63,534 bases of DNA, filler included, from Hausera hauseri (GCA_046269625.1; 10 parts of 10 records of this genome joined end to end with filler, not necessarily neighbours in it); one strand, 5' to 3'. Positions 1 through 13,009 are shown, counted from the whole stretch's first letter. Program-made: numbers and translations. The notes: a model not told the origin generated them from the letters alone.

Positions 1-1
1 T

Positions 2-600
2 CATTGTCGAGCTTGTGGGAGACACGTTTGTAAATAATGTAGTCAGCATCTCGAAACATTCCAATGGAGAGAAATAAATGATCCGATGTTGAAACAAGCT
101 ATTGAAGAGCAAACAAGAAGTTTTGGGCAAACTCCAAGTCAACTCCTCGTGTCAGCCCTCTTATGTTTGCTCTAGTCCAATCAGATTTGTTGATGATACT
201 GAAGTTTGTTAGCAATTCTCCTATAATTTGGATGTCAGGCAACGTCCGTCCTAAATCGCCATTATCTGCTGTACTGACAATATCCGGTAACTATGTCTAT
301 GGAATTAATAAGTGGAACCATGCGGCAGCTATAAGTGCTTAGGCCTCAGTCCCGAAATCAATAACTGGAATATTACCTTTAGCTACCTCTCTGAACTCGC
401 AACATTCTTCATCATCCTCAACTAGTAATCAGCATCTTACAGATATGGATTCTCATTACAAAAGGATAACAATCGTACCATTCGTAGTGCAATTGTCATT
501 GTCTATGGACCCACTTTTGGGCCAATCAAATCTTCTATCAGAGCACAATCTTGGAGAAGGATTCTATCTATGTATCCGACCCCGTAATCATCAATTGGAG
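2..600 (+). pseudogene. Intronless chimera: FYVE zinc-finger fragment fused in frame to a neurobeachin/LRBA fragment (BEACH C-terminus plus the start of the WD40 region)
   Basis: Frame 2 reads HCRACGRHVCK*CS (FYVE core) then DPMLKQAIEEQTRSFGQTPSQLL (end of BEACH). After a frameshift, SPLMFALVQSDLLMILKFVSNSPI...AVLTISGNYVYGINKWNH...LSMDPLL follows the NBEA/LRBA pattern SPLMF...DVIMVLKFPSNSPV...AVVTV...AVNRWHN...IEMDPLI. Contains stops and a frameshift. Confidence 0.8.
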
Positions 601-1419
601 AAAGGCATTTACTTCATTCTCAGTTTTTTCCGTTTCTTGAGTAACGAGAATCAGTCAACGGACTCAAAATTCGCTGCGATTCTTCAAAATATCCTATCAA
701 AGTCTCGGCAATAATTTATTCGACAATAGAAAGAACAAACATTCGAGATGTGTCGACGAGACCGGCGTCGATTTCATCAACAAGGACGATCCAGTGGGGA
801 AAACACTTCAGATGTGGCAAAGTGTAACAATCAGTATTCGGACATTAAAACACAGGTGGGTGAGACTTATTGCCGCTTTACGCCCACCAGTACGACCACT
901 TTTTTCACTTATGCAAGTCTCTCGTGGCTAACACCATTTTTCATTTTAAAGGTTTTTAAACTTAATGTCTTTGGATACTCCTTTAGCCCAATCATCACTA
1001 GCCACTGCTACCCCAGCTGCACTCCCGTACTTTTGTTAACACAGAAGGAAACCGCCCAAGCTCCCCATGCATTTCACCATTTCATTGGAATCATTTCGCT
1101 CCAATTCTCCTTCCTAGTCTTCAGCAGTAATCAACACATTAAAACCATTATAGCTCCACTCGACGCCACGGCGCAGCTCCTATACACCCCTTTATCCTTT
1201 TCACTCAACACTTCCAACTTCTATTTTACACACCAAGGCATTACTGTACATTATATCGACTCACTCCTATCTTTCGTATGCCATGAACGTCCAGTCATCC
1301 ATCTCATGCTCCATTTTCGCCTTCAGTGTGGATCGGACTCAAACCCATCTTTCTCGGATGACAAATACACAAATACAGGCAACGTCTATCATTTGCCACA
1401 TTACCAACAGTCACGAGGG

Positions 1420-2374
1420 TCATTAAATTTACCTTGTGTGGAATTGTTCCTCGACTAAAACAACTGCAGCAAACTATGGCTCCAATTCCACCAACAGTGG
1501 CTAAAATCGAACAACATCACTGGTTCTTTTGTGCGAACCAATAGCCTCTTAATTCTTCTGCCTGCCAACGTCAAGCAGCAGATTAATAATATCTCCGAGC
1601 AGCTGCAATCCTCGACACCTTACGGGATACTCTGTGAAGCTGTACTGTATGTCGCGGATCTTTCGATTGGCAATATAATACAAAAGTACTTTAATGACTA
1701 CACGATATGAAGCCAAAAGTCATCCGATTTTCTCCAAACGGCCATTCTGCAGCTCAGCGTGTTAGGAGTGATACCTACGAATAACGCGGATTTAATTCGC
1801 TGTTATTTCTTATCGTCTTTGCCCAACTCAATAAGAGCCTTACTCACCGTTGTCGACGAGTCCACTGTTATTGAAAAACTGGAAATCATGGCGGTCAAAT
1901 CCTTTGAGATTCTTCATACCAACAGTTTTCTCCGAATTGCGGCTGCAACCACATGTGCTCCAACTACAGAAAACATTTTTTACTGAACAATTGCAAATGA
2001 TGCAGCAACAGTTTGACAGGTTACAGCAATTGATTTCGGACATTACTACCCAACTAAATAATCTTAATGGGCCTCGACGAAGTGAAACCAGACCTTCGAG
2101 GATGAGAAGCATTTCCAGACGCTCTGCTCGATTCATTTCACCTGGCGGACGCATGACTTGTTTTTATCACACGCGATTTTTAAGGGATCCTAGGAAGTGC
2201 TTTTTGGGTTGTTGGTTCTAAAGCGAACGGTACGCTGTGGACAACCCTATTTGTGTCTACCACAATAAGTTCCGGTCACAGGCTAGATAATGTGTTCCTG
2301 GTTGTAAACATAACAATGATAAATCTCCTCGATTTTCTTCCTCTTCCTTTTCTCCAAAACCTTTAAAAAACTAA
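1420..2374 (+). pseudogene. gag: gag of gypsy copy A (frameshifted), with two tandem C-x-x-H...C-x3-C motifs
   Basis: LPCVELFLD...WLQFHQQWLKS, FLSSLPNSIRALL, coiled coil, then CFYHTRF..PRKCFLGC and CVYHNKF..AR*CVPGC. Ends at AAAAAAC-TAA (2365-2374). Start is approximate. Confidence 0.8.
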
Positions 2375-2475
2375 TAAGGCCGCCAGATTTTACGACACAT
2401 TCTGCCGCAGGCAATATCGGTCAATCTTCTGGCCGTTTCAACACCGCCTCTGCAGTCTTTCCGTTAAAAGCTGTA

Positions 2476-5423
2476 TTGTTATGCAGAGATACTTCACATA
2501 TCGACTTCCTTATAGACTCAGGAGCTGCCTTTTCGCTTCTTCCCTTGTCCTTCGTTCCCACATCGACTATGATTTCCTGCCCACCGCTTTTCACTACCAG
2601 TGGTCAACCGTTGCACGTTGCAGGAACCACGGAATTGACTTTCACATTCGCCAACTTGTCAGATAAGTTTGTCTGGAAGTTCCACGGGGCCAACATTAAA
2701 TCTCCCATTATAGTCTCAGATTTTCTTGCCGCATATAATCTATTGGTCGATTGCAAATACAGCTGTCTTTTAAGCAGGAAATCTATTGCAACTCCAAACA
2801 TGTGCCTCGTAGACAATTTAGCGAGCAATTTGTTGTACTTATCTGAACATGTTGAACGCTTTGTCATCTATAAAAAATTTGCGATAAAGTCGGTAATATT
2901 TCAATTATGAACGACAATCATAAATCCATTCTAAATCAGAAATCCAAATTAGGCGTCGACAGTAGCGACACCAGTTGCTTTTCGTCAATCATTGGAGCTG
3001 TTCTCTCTAATGATATGTCTCATTCATTCTTGTCTCTGGACTCCAATTTTAAATCATACGTCACAACATCTTGCTTTCGCATAGGTAAAAGGACTTCAAC
3101 TTCAAGCCTCCATCCACAACTTATCATCACATAGTAACAGCATGAGAGGCCGATCAAACAAATGGTCGGACCTTTCACGCCACGCAGACGTAAAGCTGTG
3201 GAACAGGAATTTAATGAACTGGAATGGTCTGGCATCATTCGGGGATCGAAATCACCGTGGGCTTCTCCTCTTCGTGTAGTGGTAAAGAAAGATGGTACCT
3301 ATAGGCCATGTGGCGACTATCGACAAATAAAAAATCTAACTTTTACAGACGCCTACCCACTACCACTCATTAAAGACATTCTTCATAGCCTCAGCAACAC
3401 CAATACATATTCTACCATTGATCTGCACAAAGCCTACCATCAAATTCATGTTGCCCCTGATGACATTCCAAAAACTGCTATCATCACACCATTTGGTCTT
3501 TACGAATACATCTTCATGCCTTTCGGCATTCGTAGCGTATCTTAGACCTTTCAGCACCACATTGACACCGTTCTTTCTGGTCCTGATTTTGCTCACCCAT
3601 ACATAGATGACATATTAGTCGCTTCCAGCTCCATCAAACAACATCATGAGCACCTTAGAATTATCTTCCACAGATTGCATCAAAACAACCTGCAAATTAA
3701 TTTCGCCAAATGAAATTTCTTCCAGAAACGCGTCAACTTCTTAGGCCACAAAATTACTCCCGACGGGCATTCGCCCCAGCCCGATCGCTTACAACAATTA
3801 AAAAATGTGACGTTTTCAACTAATACTACCGATATGAGTTTTCTAGGGACATTGCATTTCGTACACAAATACGTGCCACCCTGCTCGGAACTAACGCCAC
3901 CTTTCGCACACCTGGCATCTGGGAAGAAAAGACAATTAATCCATTGGACTCCCGATCTAGTAAACCAATTTGATCTCCTTCGTGAAGGTCTGAAAACTGT
4001 GGAAATCTTGGCCTTTCCAAAGCCAAACGCCGAACTAATATTAACTACCGATGCCTCAACCACAGAAACTGATGCGATATTACACCAAATATACAATGGC
4101 GTCGATGAACCATTAGAATTCTATTCCAGAAAGCTCAAGCAACCGGAAAGTCGATACTCAGCATTCGATCGTGAACTCTTGGCTGTAGTTCTAGCGGTAA
4201 AGCATTTCAAAAACTTGCTTCTTTTACGTCAATATACCATCCAAACCGACCACAAATGTCTATTTCACATAACGGCTTTGAAACACCCCTCACCCAGGCA
4301 AGGACGACAGATATCATACCTGTCGACGTTTAATTTTACCATGAAATATATTTTAGGCACCGAAAATTTAGTAGCGGATTTTCTTTCGCGATCGGTTAAC
4401 TCAATTACATTTCAGCCAATTTTCACATCTGAGGTCCTGAGAAGCAATCAGACATCTTCTGATATTCTCCAAGCTTTTGAATCTATTGAAATCATCGATA
4501 GCATCGCTTATGACACTTCTGACTCGACCAACAAAAAAGTCATTCTTGCTCCATCGCTACAAAAGACAGCTTTCAATCACTTTCACTCTCTTCATCATCC
4601 GGGTTCAAAAGCCACATTCCGTCTAATGCAACGCCACGTTGTATGGCCAACTATGCGTATAGATATACAGATCTGGGTTAAGGGATATGCATCATACCAG
4701 CAATACAAGGTTCACAAACATCTTAAACCCCCACTTTACCACTTCCATTGCACATCTCGTTTTGACACTGTGCATTTGGATCTTGTCGGTCCTCTACCAT
4801 CCGATAACGGCTATCAATATATCTTATCCATGATGGATCGCGTTTCTCGCTGGCCGGAAGCCGTTCCGCTTCGATCAACCAACGCTGACTCAGTAGCAGA
4901 TGCATTTATCGAGATATGGGTCAGCCGTTTTGACTCACAACGTCACATCATAACGGATCAGGGTCCGCAATTTGAAGCTGATCTTTTCAAATCTCTTGTA
5001 AAGCATTTGGGAATAGCCCATCTCCATACGACGCCGTACCATCCCCAAGCAAATGGTCTTTTCGAAAGATTTCATCGCACCATGAATATTTCCTTAAACA
5101 TTTTGGCAAACAACAATCATAACTGGACCTCAATTCTTCCTCTTGTCATACTCGGTTGGCGCAACACGCCATCCACGACCACAGGCTGTGCAACAGCTGA
5201 GGCTATCTTTGGGACACCAGTTCGTGCACTATTTGAACTCTCCAATTTCGACGAAAGTCCGACAGATGAAGTTATTTGTGCGGCACAGTCTCACTTTGCT
5301 TATGTCAACTCAAATGCCTTTAGCCGTCTTATAAATAAAGACAAATCTTATCCCAGAGGACGGGCTGATTTCGGTTACTTTCTGGTTTTCGGCCTTAATA
5401 TGTTGGTCCTTACAAACTACTGA
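2476..5423 (+). pseudogene. pol: pol of gypsy copy A (protease-RT-RNase H-integrase), interrupted
   Basis: ORFs 2476-2910 (DSGA), 3162-3545 plus YIDD near 3600 (RT), and 3807-5423 (RNase H, integrase zinc finger and DDE core). Confidence 0.93.
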
Positions 5424-6033
5424 ATCTTTCTTCGTACACCGTTACTATTTTACACAAGGACAGACCTAACAACGTAGACATCTCTAATCTTAAGCCAGCC
5501 TTCTTCATTGACGATGACCAGGATAACAGCATAGTTTTAAATCCCAACTCTATCTTTTCTGCCCTCGAGCCATCATCCAATTTCCTTGATGATTTTAATC
5601 TTTCGCAGCAATCACTATCGCGTCACAATCAGTTCTTTTCACTGCCGTCATCATCCACTGCTCCTTCACCATTTGCTTCTCCCTCATCGCCTGCACATCC
5701 ACTACTCATTTCACCTTCATTGCACGATTCGCTGCCATCTCCAGTCTCGTCTTCTTTGTGTTATCCTTTTCTTTTTCAGCTTCTCCACTTTTACCTCGTC
5801 ATGAAGCATCCTCCCAAAACACCACAAAATCCACAGTATCTCTTCCTCAAACAACTCTACAAGCACCAGTAACATCTAACAGATCACGCAAGTGACAAAT
5901 AGTACTTACAGCAGGGAGAAGTTCATAGATGGAATCCAACGTCTAACTCGGACCAAAAACGAGTAGGTACAAGCTCTTCTTTTTCTACTATAATCCCCAT
6001 TTATTTTCCTCTTCATAGTCTTTATTTTGCCAC

Positions 6034-6055
6034 GGGAGGAGGGTGATGTTGTGCC
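6034..6055 (+). promoter_or_regulatory. Polypurine tract and start of the 3' LTR (GGGAGGAGGGTGA|TGTTGTGCC)
   Basis: Lies downstream of integrase. The same GGGTGA|TGTTGTGCC junction occurs in copy B (14972-14992, minus strand). Confidence 0.85.
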
Positions 6056-6406
6056 TTAAATGTGGTTGCGCTGGAGGGGTTGGTGGATCGGTGACGCGAT
6101 CTTCTCCGCCACATGACTAAAAAATTTTTTACGTGTATATGTGACTCTAGTAATTCTGCATACTTGTGTTATGGTCTTTACCAGTTTTTGTTTCTTCAGC
6201 GTTTTTATTCGAATGCCAGTTGAATCGAATGATATTTCCAATGAGTATCGTCGTTCCAATTAGTTTATATATTACAATATTGGAATGAAACGATAATTAC
6301 CAATAGACGAACTGATCCCTAAAGACATTCGTTGCATAATTATTACATATAGTCGCGTTATTATTGTGTATATATATATGGATATAAAATTGTGTAGATA
6401 CAAGAA

Positions 6407-8868
6407 ATGGATTTATGGATTTTAATTGTTTTTTGAATTTGCATACAAGAATAAATACAAAATAATTGTCATCCAGAAATTGTCTTCATTATCATTGGAA
6501 TTATGTTACGCCCTCATAAAACCGAACGCACATTGGTGTAAGAAGTGGGATACGATTGATACACATCTGCAATCTCGAGCATTCCATGCAAGGTACAACA
6601 GTTATCAAAAATCTCATTACTTAAATTATGTTTCTGAAAATTTTCGACACTGCTCTAGCTAATGGTTCAGCCTTAATGCTCAATTCTTCCGTAGATGATC
6701 TGGCTCTTTTTAATTTGGATAAAAACAAACTTGCAAGCACAACGAGTGGCATTATTACCGATGATGATACAATAATTTTATTCGCCAGTGCTGTAATTCG
6801 AAATTCCGCTCTCCAATATCCACAGAATGTCCTAACCGGTCAATTTACCGTTGATGGTAAAAAGGGTACCATTATTCCTTTTAAATTTCAACACCAGTTG
6901 CTGTATCGAATAATTTCCGTGTGCGCATAAACCACGCTGCTGAAGCATTGTTCCTTGATACAGACAGCATAGTCTAGAATGGTGGTACTTCTAAAAAGAC
7001 ATTAGCCGATAACATGGAGGCAGTTGTTAAAACGATTTCAGATTTTGCTGATGAATTTGAAGATCGAATAGTTGAAGATCCGAATAAGGAAAAGGAAGCA
7101 CAAAGGACAGAGGCTCTAAACCGTGTTAAGTCTGCAGAATTCAGTATTTATGATGACAAAAGCACAGAAGGTTCACGATTTTCAATGCCAAGTACTGAAT
7201 GTCTAGTTAGTGCCAATTCTGTAAAACATGACGAATGTAAAATGTTTTCAGACACTTGAACTAACTTATTCGGAAATTAGATGTCGATTGGACGATTTTT
7301 TAGCCATAGTTACTCCAACATTGAGGGAAATCAACGCCACTATGGAGAGAACTGATAAGGTCTTTTCAGACCCTTTTCCAAAGTGCTGAACAACGACGAA
7401 GTATTTCAACGAATATTAGCAACCAATATAAATTGACCTCATTCGATTATTTGGATTGACTTGGAGAGCTGACCACTGTTTTCAACAAATCCCGAATTCA
7501 CAAATGTGTAAGGGACTTGGGATCAGAGGTTACTGAAGAATTTCTGGGATTTTTCGAGTTTTTACAGAAGATTAGTCAGAATCCCGATGATAAATTTATT
7601 AAATCATATTGGATGTGTTTTATGAGCTACAGGATAATATCAAATCATTATTGGATTTTTTCGCACAGTTGTATGCTTCAGATGACCAACAGAAGAATCC
7701 GAACAGACGAGTCTCTTTTCGTGAACAATCTCATAAAAATGAACTGTGTGCCTTCGAGATCCATTGTTGCCAATCAAAAGGAAATTGTCGTTGAATTACA
7801 TAATATATTATCTGATTTCAATTGACGAAGCGGTAATTTTATGGTTGATCGAAACGTGAAACCGTTAGTGGAAGAATTTATAAAGTTCATAAAACTTTGC
7901 AATGACCTCATCGGTATGTCTCGACAATGTTTTATTAATTCAAAGACATCATTAAGTTCAACAATGGCAAAGGCCGATTCTCTAAATCCTGATGCTACTA
8001 TCGATATTAATCAGGTAGTGCGAATAATTCGTAACTGCAATTGCAGCTCAAATAATAACAACCAGAGAACTTTGAGTTGGATTAGAGAAATATGTCAAGA
8101 ACACGCGCTTATATATACCAAAGGCATAGTACAGATGTACTACTATTTGTGAAATATGTTCTAGTCAATGCACTCATCACCTTTCCCGTAATGGCAATCA
8201 CAAAAATGATATGCAGTGCGAAAATATTGATAAAAACGAAATTTATTACTTTAAGCAATGCATCGTTTACAATTTGTTTACGAAACATGTTCTCCTCGTA
8301 TCAAAGTCTACCAGAAATCAGAATTTTTTCAAAAAACGTTATTTCATACCCTTTCAGGGTCTTCTTAGTTGAATGTGACAGACAAGGTATTGCATTTGAT
8401 TCGAATATACTCTGTATATCGTATGAAAATACGGTTGATGTAGTTGATATATGCAAGTGGCCTGGTCAGAATTTCTTAAAAGATAACGTTCATCCAATGA
8501 GTCAGATGATCATCGACGCTGTAAAAGAGTATTCAGAAAATGTCAACCATTTACTTCAGTCAGGTGAATATTTATTGGACGTAGTCAATCCGGACTACTG
8601 GGAACGGACTAGTACAGATAGTTTATGCAGTTCTTTTAAAAGATATTTATGAAGCTTATGAATAAGCACCAATGTCGTAGTTGTAAACAAGTTCTTTGCA
8701 GCTACTGTTTCCAGGATCAGTATAACAGTCGGAAGCTGTGTTCGGAATATTATATTAAAATTCAAACCACGAACTTTGGTAAGGATCCGCCAATTGTCAC
8801 CGTAAAAAGCATAAAATCATCAACATATGGGTACCCATTCGGATACTTTCGAAAATCGTTGACAACAT
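6407..8868 (+). pseudogene. Degraded intronless host-like coding region ending in a FYVE finger (possibly FGD-type DH-PH-FYVE RhoGEF)
   Basis: Chain of overlapping + ORFs. PDYWE...C...KHQCRSCKQVLCSYC...RKLC near 8590-8745 is FYVE-like. The DH/PH assignment of the upstream part is tentative. Confidence 0.5.
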
Positions 8869-9549
8869 NNNNNNNNNNNNNNNNNNNNNNNNNNNNNNNN
8901 NNNNNNNNNNNNTTAATTAATTAANNNNNNNNNNNNNNNNNNNNNNNNNNNNNNNNNNNNNNNNNNNNAGGTTTTTAACATTTGTTTTTTGGAAATTTGA
9001 ATTTTTGACATATTTAATTCCGACATTGAATATTTGCATGGACCTGCTGATACGAATATTTACAATTTCACCGATATCAGTTTTCTACCATTATCAATTT
9101 TAAAATACTATTTACACCATTTGGTCAGTTCACAACAATTGCGACATTTGGATAATTCACATCATTTCTCCTCTCTGAACGACATCCTCGGTTGTGCCCA
9201 TTGCGTCAGAAGAAGTAACGTCTTGATCAACGTCGGATCAACACTTCGATTGTACTCTCAGTTTGAATTATATTTTAACTCGGTGGCCTCTGCTCGATAT
9301 TGTCTAACGTCCACTTTTTAAGTAGTCTTGACAATATCGATGTTGACAGTTCTTGTTAGACGTAACCTTGTTTGAGATTAGCTTCGTACACTGGGCAAAC
9401 GTCTTCTTCAACTTCATCTCTAAATTCGCGTTTATAGTGGTTTTGATCCTTTCGAACACAAAAACCTGTATGGTCCTGATATAAATAGCCATAGCTCGTA
9501 ATTTTCTCGTTTTCGTTTATCTTTACTTCCGTGGTTCTTTTATTTCGTA

Positions 9550-10190
9550 ATGTATTTCGAATACTTGCAAACAAACGAAGACAAGGAACAATACGATAAG
9601 AATCCAATACCACCAAGCGAGATGGTATTGGTTACAGCAATGGAGAAACGCCCCTTTGGTAGACCTAGAAAAATACGAGAAGAAATTGACTATAATGAGG
9701 ACTTAATTAGAGAATTAAGACACATGTCGAAATCTACTTTCAATGCCGATAATGAAGAATTAAACGAACTCATGAAGAATTTAATACGTATCGTAAATTA
9801 CTCTAGTCTGTGGCGATGTACTAGACGAGAAAGAAAAAGCTATATATAATGCAGCCAAAAGTTGAGAAATTATCGTTTTAGGTTATCAAAAGCACCTTAA
9901 ATGATGAAATAGTGATGGACAAAATAATGGTAGAAAATACTATAGAAGCACTGAGAAAAGTGCTACTATATTTGGTCATTAAAACAAACTCAACTCGAGA
10001 AAATGAATTTAACAGAGCCAATAGTCTAGCCCGCAAAGTTGCTAGAAAATTGCCTCGAGAAGTAAATTGGTCGAAACTACTTGAAAAATAAGAGCACCAG
10101 AATAGACCATCTTCTAGCAATATCAATAACAGATTCGAACAAATGGTACGAAACTTAACCGGTAATAACCGAGGAAACGAATCAAATTGT
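9550..10190 (+). pseudogene. Unknown helical ORF immediately preceding a viral-type glycoprotein
   Basis: A-rich frameshifted ORF. LLYLVIKTNSTRENEFNRANSLARKVARKLPREVNW weakly resembles the pre-glycoprotein segment at 57650-57760. Confidence 0.4.
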
Positions 10191-11602
10191 TTAATTAATT
10201 TCCAAACCTTAATGATGTTAGTAAAGCCAATGGGAGCTGTTACGGTGTACAACTGCGACAAATTCAAACAGCCAAAAATATTCACTGATGGATTTAGAAA
10301 CGTGCGAAGACGCAAGGCCACATAAATTAGAAACAAAAGAAAAATATCAACAGCGTGAGCTAATCCCGTTAGTAGAATAGAATGTATGTTACGTACATCC
10401 CGTAGTATTTTCCACTGTGGACTAATGCATGGACATTCATCGATAATAAAACCAACAACTCCACCAATCCCAATGAATCTAGAAAGACAACATTATAAAC
10501 AGGCTAGAGAAACTGGTAGATTAAAATGGAGTGGTATGGAACTAGAAATACAACAAGGAAAAATAATTAGATTATTTAAGGTGGAAGTCGGAAAATCAGA
10601 TATACATACCGGAGTATGTAGTGAAGCCGAATACGACACTGAAAAAGGAATAGAAGGAGGCGTAGTAGTTGTTGACTTTTGTGAAACCGAAATGCGGACA
10701 CAAAAAGTGATGTTTCATAGCGTTACTAAACTCTGCCGAAAATCAGAATTGTCGTATACAAGACGGCACTTGTGATTTTAGAAGTTCAGTCGTAATTTTG
10801 GAACTTCCAACTAAAACCGATTGTAATTTTATCAAAATTAAAAAACTAAAGTTTAACGAAACGTCAGGAAAACGTTATGTAAACAGTATGGATACCAGTT
10901 TGAAAACGCGAGAAGACATATCAGTACAACCTATGAAAACCATATTAATTTCCGATATTCGCGGGTTAAAATTCGTGAGAAAGGACGTACTCATACGTAA
11001 CGTAGTGATGTATGCTACTAATTACGAAGAACTTTTTGTAGCTAAAACAGAAATAAACACTAAGACATTCAAACTCGAAACACAAGACGTAAGAATCGAT
11101 GATTGCTTGAAAAATAGAAATGACAAGCCGTAATAACCGAAATGTATCACAAAATGATAACCGGTGATTTCAAATTAGGCTGGGAAATTATGAGAATTAA
11201 ACTAGCTCTAATATACGCTAACCCTGAGTTAGCGTCACTAATAATTCCAATGAAAGGTGTCAATTACTCAACTTAACCAACAATTTTGAAAGAATGTATA
11301 ACGAGTTTAGGCGAACCAATGTTCAGACGCAGTGAAACTGATTGGGTAAGTTTACCAAATGGAGGCATAATTACTCCACTCAGTAAATTAACATGAACCA
11401 ACTTAGTAAAGGGAATAACAGAAGACAAATCTCAAGACTGCAATTAAAGGTGTTTACAGACCGAAGGAAGTTGAAGCATTTAGACAATTTCTTGCTTTTC
11501 ACGCCCCGCATGCATGAATTAAACCGAGCTATGCATGCGATATTGGAAGATATTCGGTACCAAGTGAAATGGGAATCACTACTTGGAACTAACCATTATT
11601 AA
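10190..11602 (+). pseudogene. env: Chuvirus/herpes-gB-like (class III) envelope glycoprotein, frameshifted, no transmembrane anchor visible
   Basis: Hydrophobic leader, then VYNC..[fs]KYSLMDLETC, CMLRTSRSIFHCGLMHGHSSII, TGVC, C...GEPMFRRSETDWV, VFTD..LKHLDNFLLFTP. This matches the chuvirus-like glycoprotein pattern (YDC..SL.D...C; IxHCGMHSH). Homologous to 57890-59281. Confidence 0.8.
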
Positions 11603-13009
11603 AGCGTATATATAAAAATTTACATATATAATTATATATATACATATTAAAGTGTTGCAAGTTCGGCTGTTAAATTACTTTCAAGTGGTTTCGAATTAAC
11701 TTTAACTCCGTTATTATGGTAATAACAACGGTTTTGATAGAAATCTCAGAAAAGTTCATAAATTTTCACATTGTTTTCATGATAATAACACCATGATTGT
11801 GAAAAATTATGAACCTTTTGTAACTGTGCAGAAGAACTTTTCGGTACCTATTTTATGTGTAAAAATTTTCATCGGAAAAGCTTCGAAAGTATTTCGAAAT
11901 CAAAGATTTTCATTTTTGCGAAACACATTAGTATATATAATTTTAAAATTGGGGGACAAATTGTAGAAAAGGTCTCAATATCATTGAATATTATTTAATC
12001 TGAATAGAAAATTTAGAATGTTTCAATAATAAAGCCAACAAAAAGTCACACAACGCATCAGTTACATTTCATATTCTGTAAATTTCATCGTACTTGTAAA
12101 AATTCATAGTTGAAAAGTGCATTATTTAGCCTTAAATAAAATATTGATTTATAAGCCAAACTAGTGTTTTGTTGAAATAATTTTTCGTCAATGCAATATC
12201 GTTACTCATTGATTATTTTAAAAGTTCATTCAGAATCCCTCAATAAGTTCAATTCTGCAGTAGTTTTACGAGTCATTGAATCAGACATATGCAAATTTTG
12301 TTTGTAATGATTCTGTAGCCACATCGTTTAATTGAAGTTTTCCGACCTCCGTTGTGTGTCCTTTACAATGTCAATCATCAATTCAAACGTACTAAAATTG
12401 TAGGAAGTTTTGCTGTTAATTTGGATATGTTATGAAGAATAATAATAATATTGAAAAATGGCTTTGCTTTTATGTTAAATTTTATTTACATCCACGTTTT
12501 AATTATATAAAATAATGCATCAGATTTTTAGATTGAGTTGATCTGGCGGGTTTTGATAAATGGAAACGAATTTTACTGTAAATCTGTTTTTTTTTTTTAA
12601 TAAAAAATGGTCAGAGACGTGCAAAATATAATGCTGACTAATAACATGAAAATAAATTTTGCCAAGGAAGCCAAAATAACTCAATTGGAGCCTCGAAACG
12701 TAACCGAATTCAAAATCTGTTCAAGTCGTTCTTACTATGTTTAAGAATTTCGAACCTTTTCTCGAACTAATGTTATTTTCATATTCGATTTGAATGATCT
12801 TTTGGAAGAGTCTTAAAAATACCCATCCTATATTCAGCCCATATTAAGTGGTAACTGTGGTCAAATACGTGAGATAATATGCGATTATCAATATAGATTG
12901 ACAGAACAANNNNNNNNNNNNNNNNNNNNNNNNNNNNNNNNNNNNNNNNNNNNTTAATTAATTAANNNNNNNNNNNNNNNNNNNNNNNNNNNNNNNNNNN
13001 NNNNNNNNN

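Larger units (their letters stand above)
855..6046 (+). mobile_element. Ty3/gypsy LTR retrotransposon internal region (degenerate gag-pol), copy A
   Basis: Domain order Gag - protease (FLIDSGA) - RT (SPWASPL, PCGDYR, MPFG, YIDDIL) - RNase H (TDAS, YSAFDRELL, TDH, ADFLSR) - integrase (HLDLVGPLP, TDQGPQFE, YHPQANG.FER), ending in a polypurine tract. Several stops and frameshifts. Confidence 0.96.

Noticed and set aside
748-1458. 236-aa ORF upstream of gag
   Set aside because: Crosses the element boundary and pyrimidine-rich 5' UTR, and the frame is not conserved in homologous copy C.
8869-8968. Nine identical N44-TTAATTAATTAA-N44 blocks that look like a dispersed repeat
   Set aside because: Artificial contig linker with stops in all six frames. 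ORFs ending in X...LIN are artefacts.
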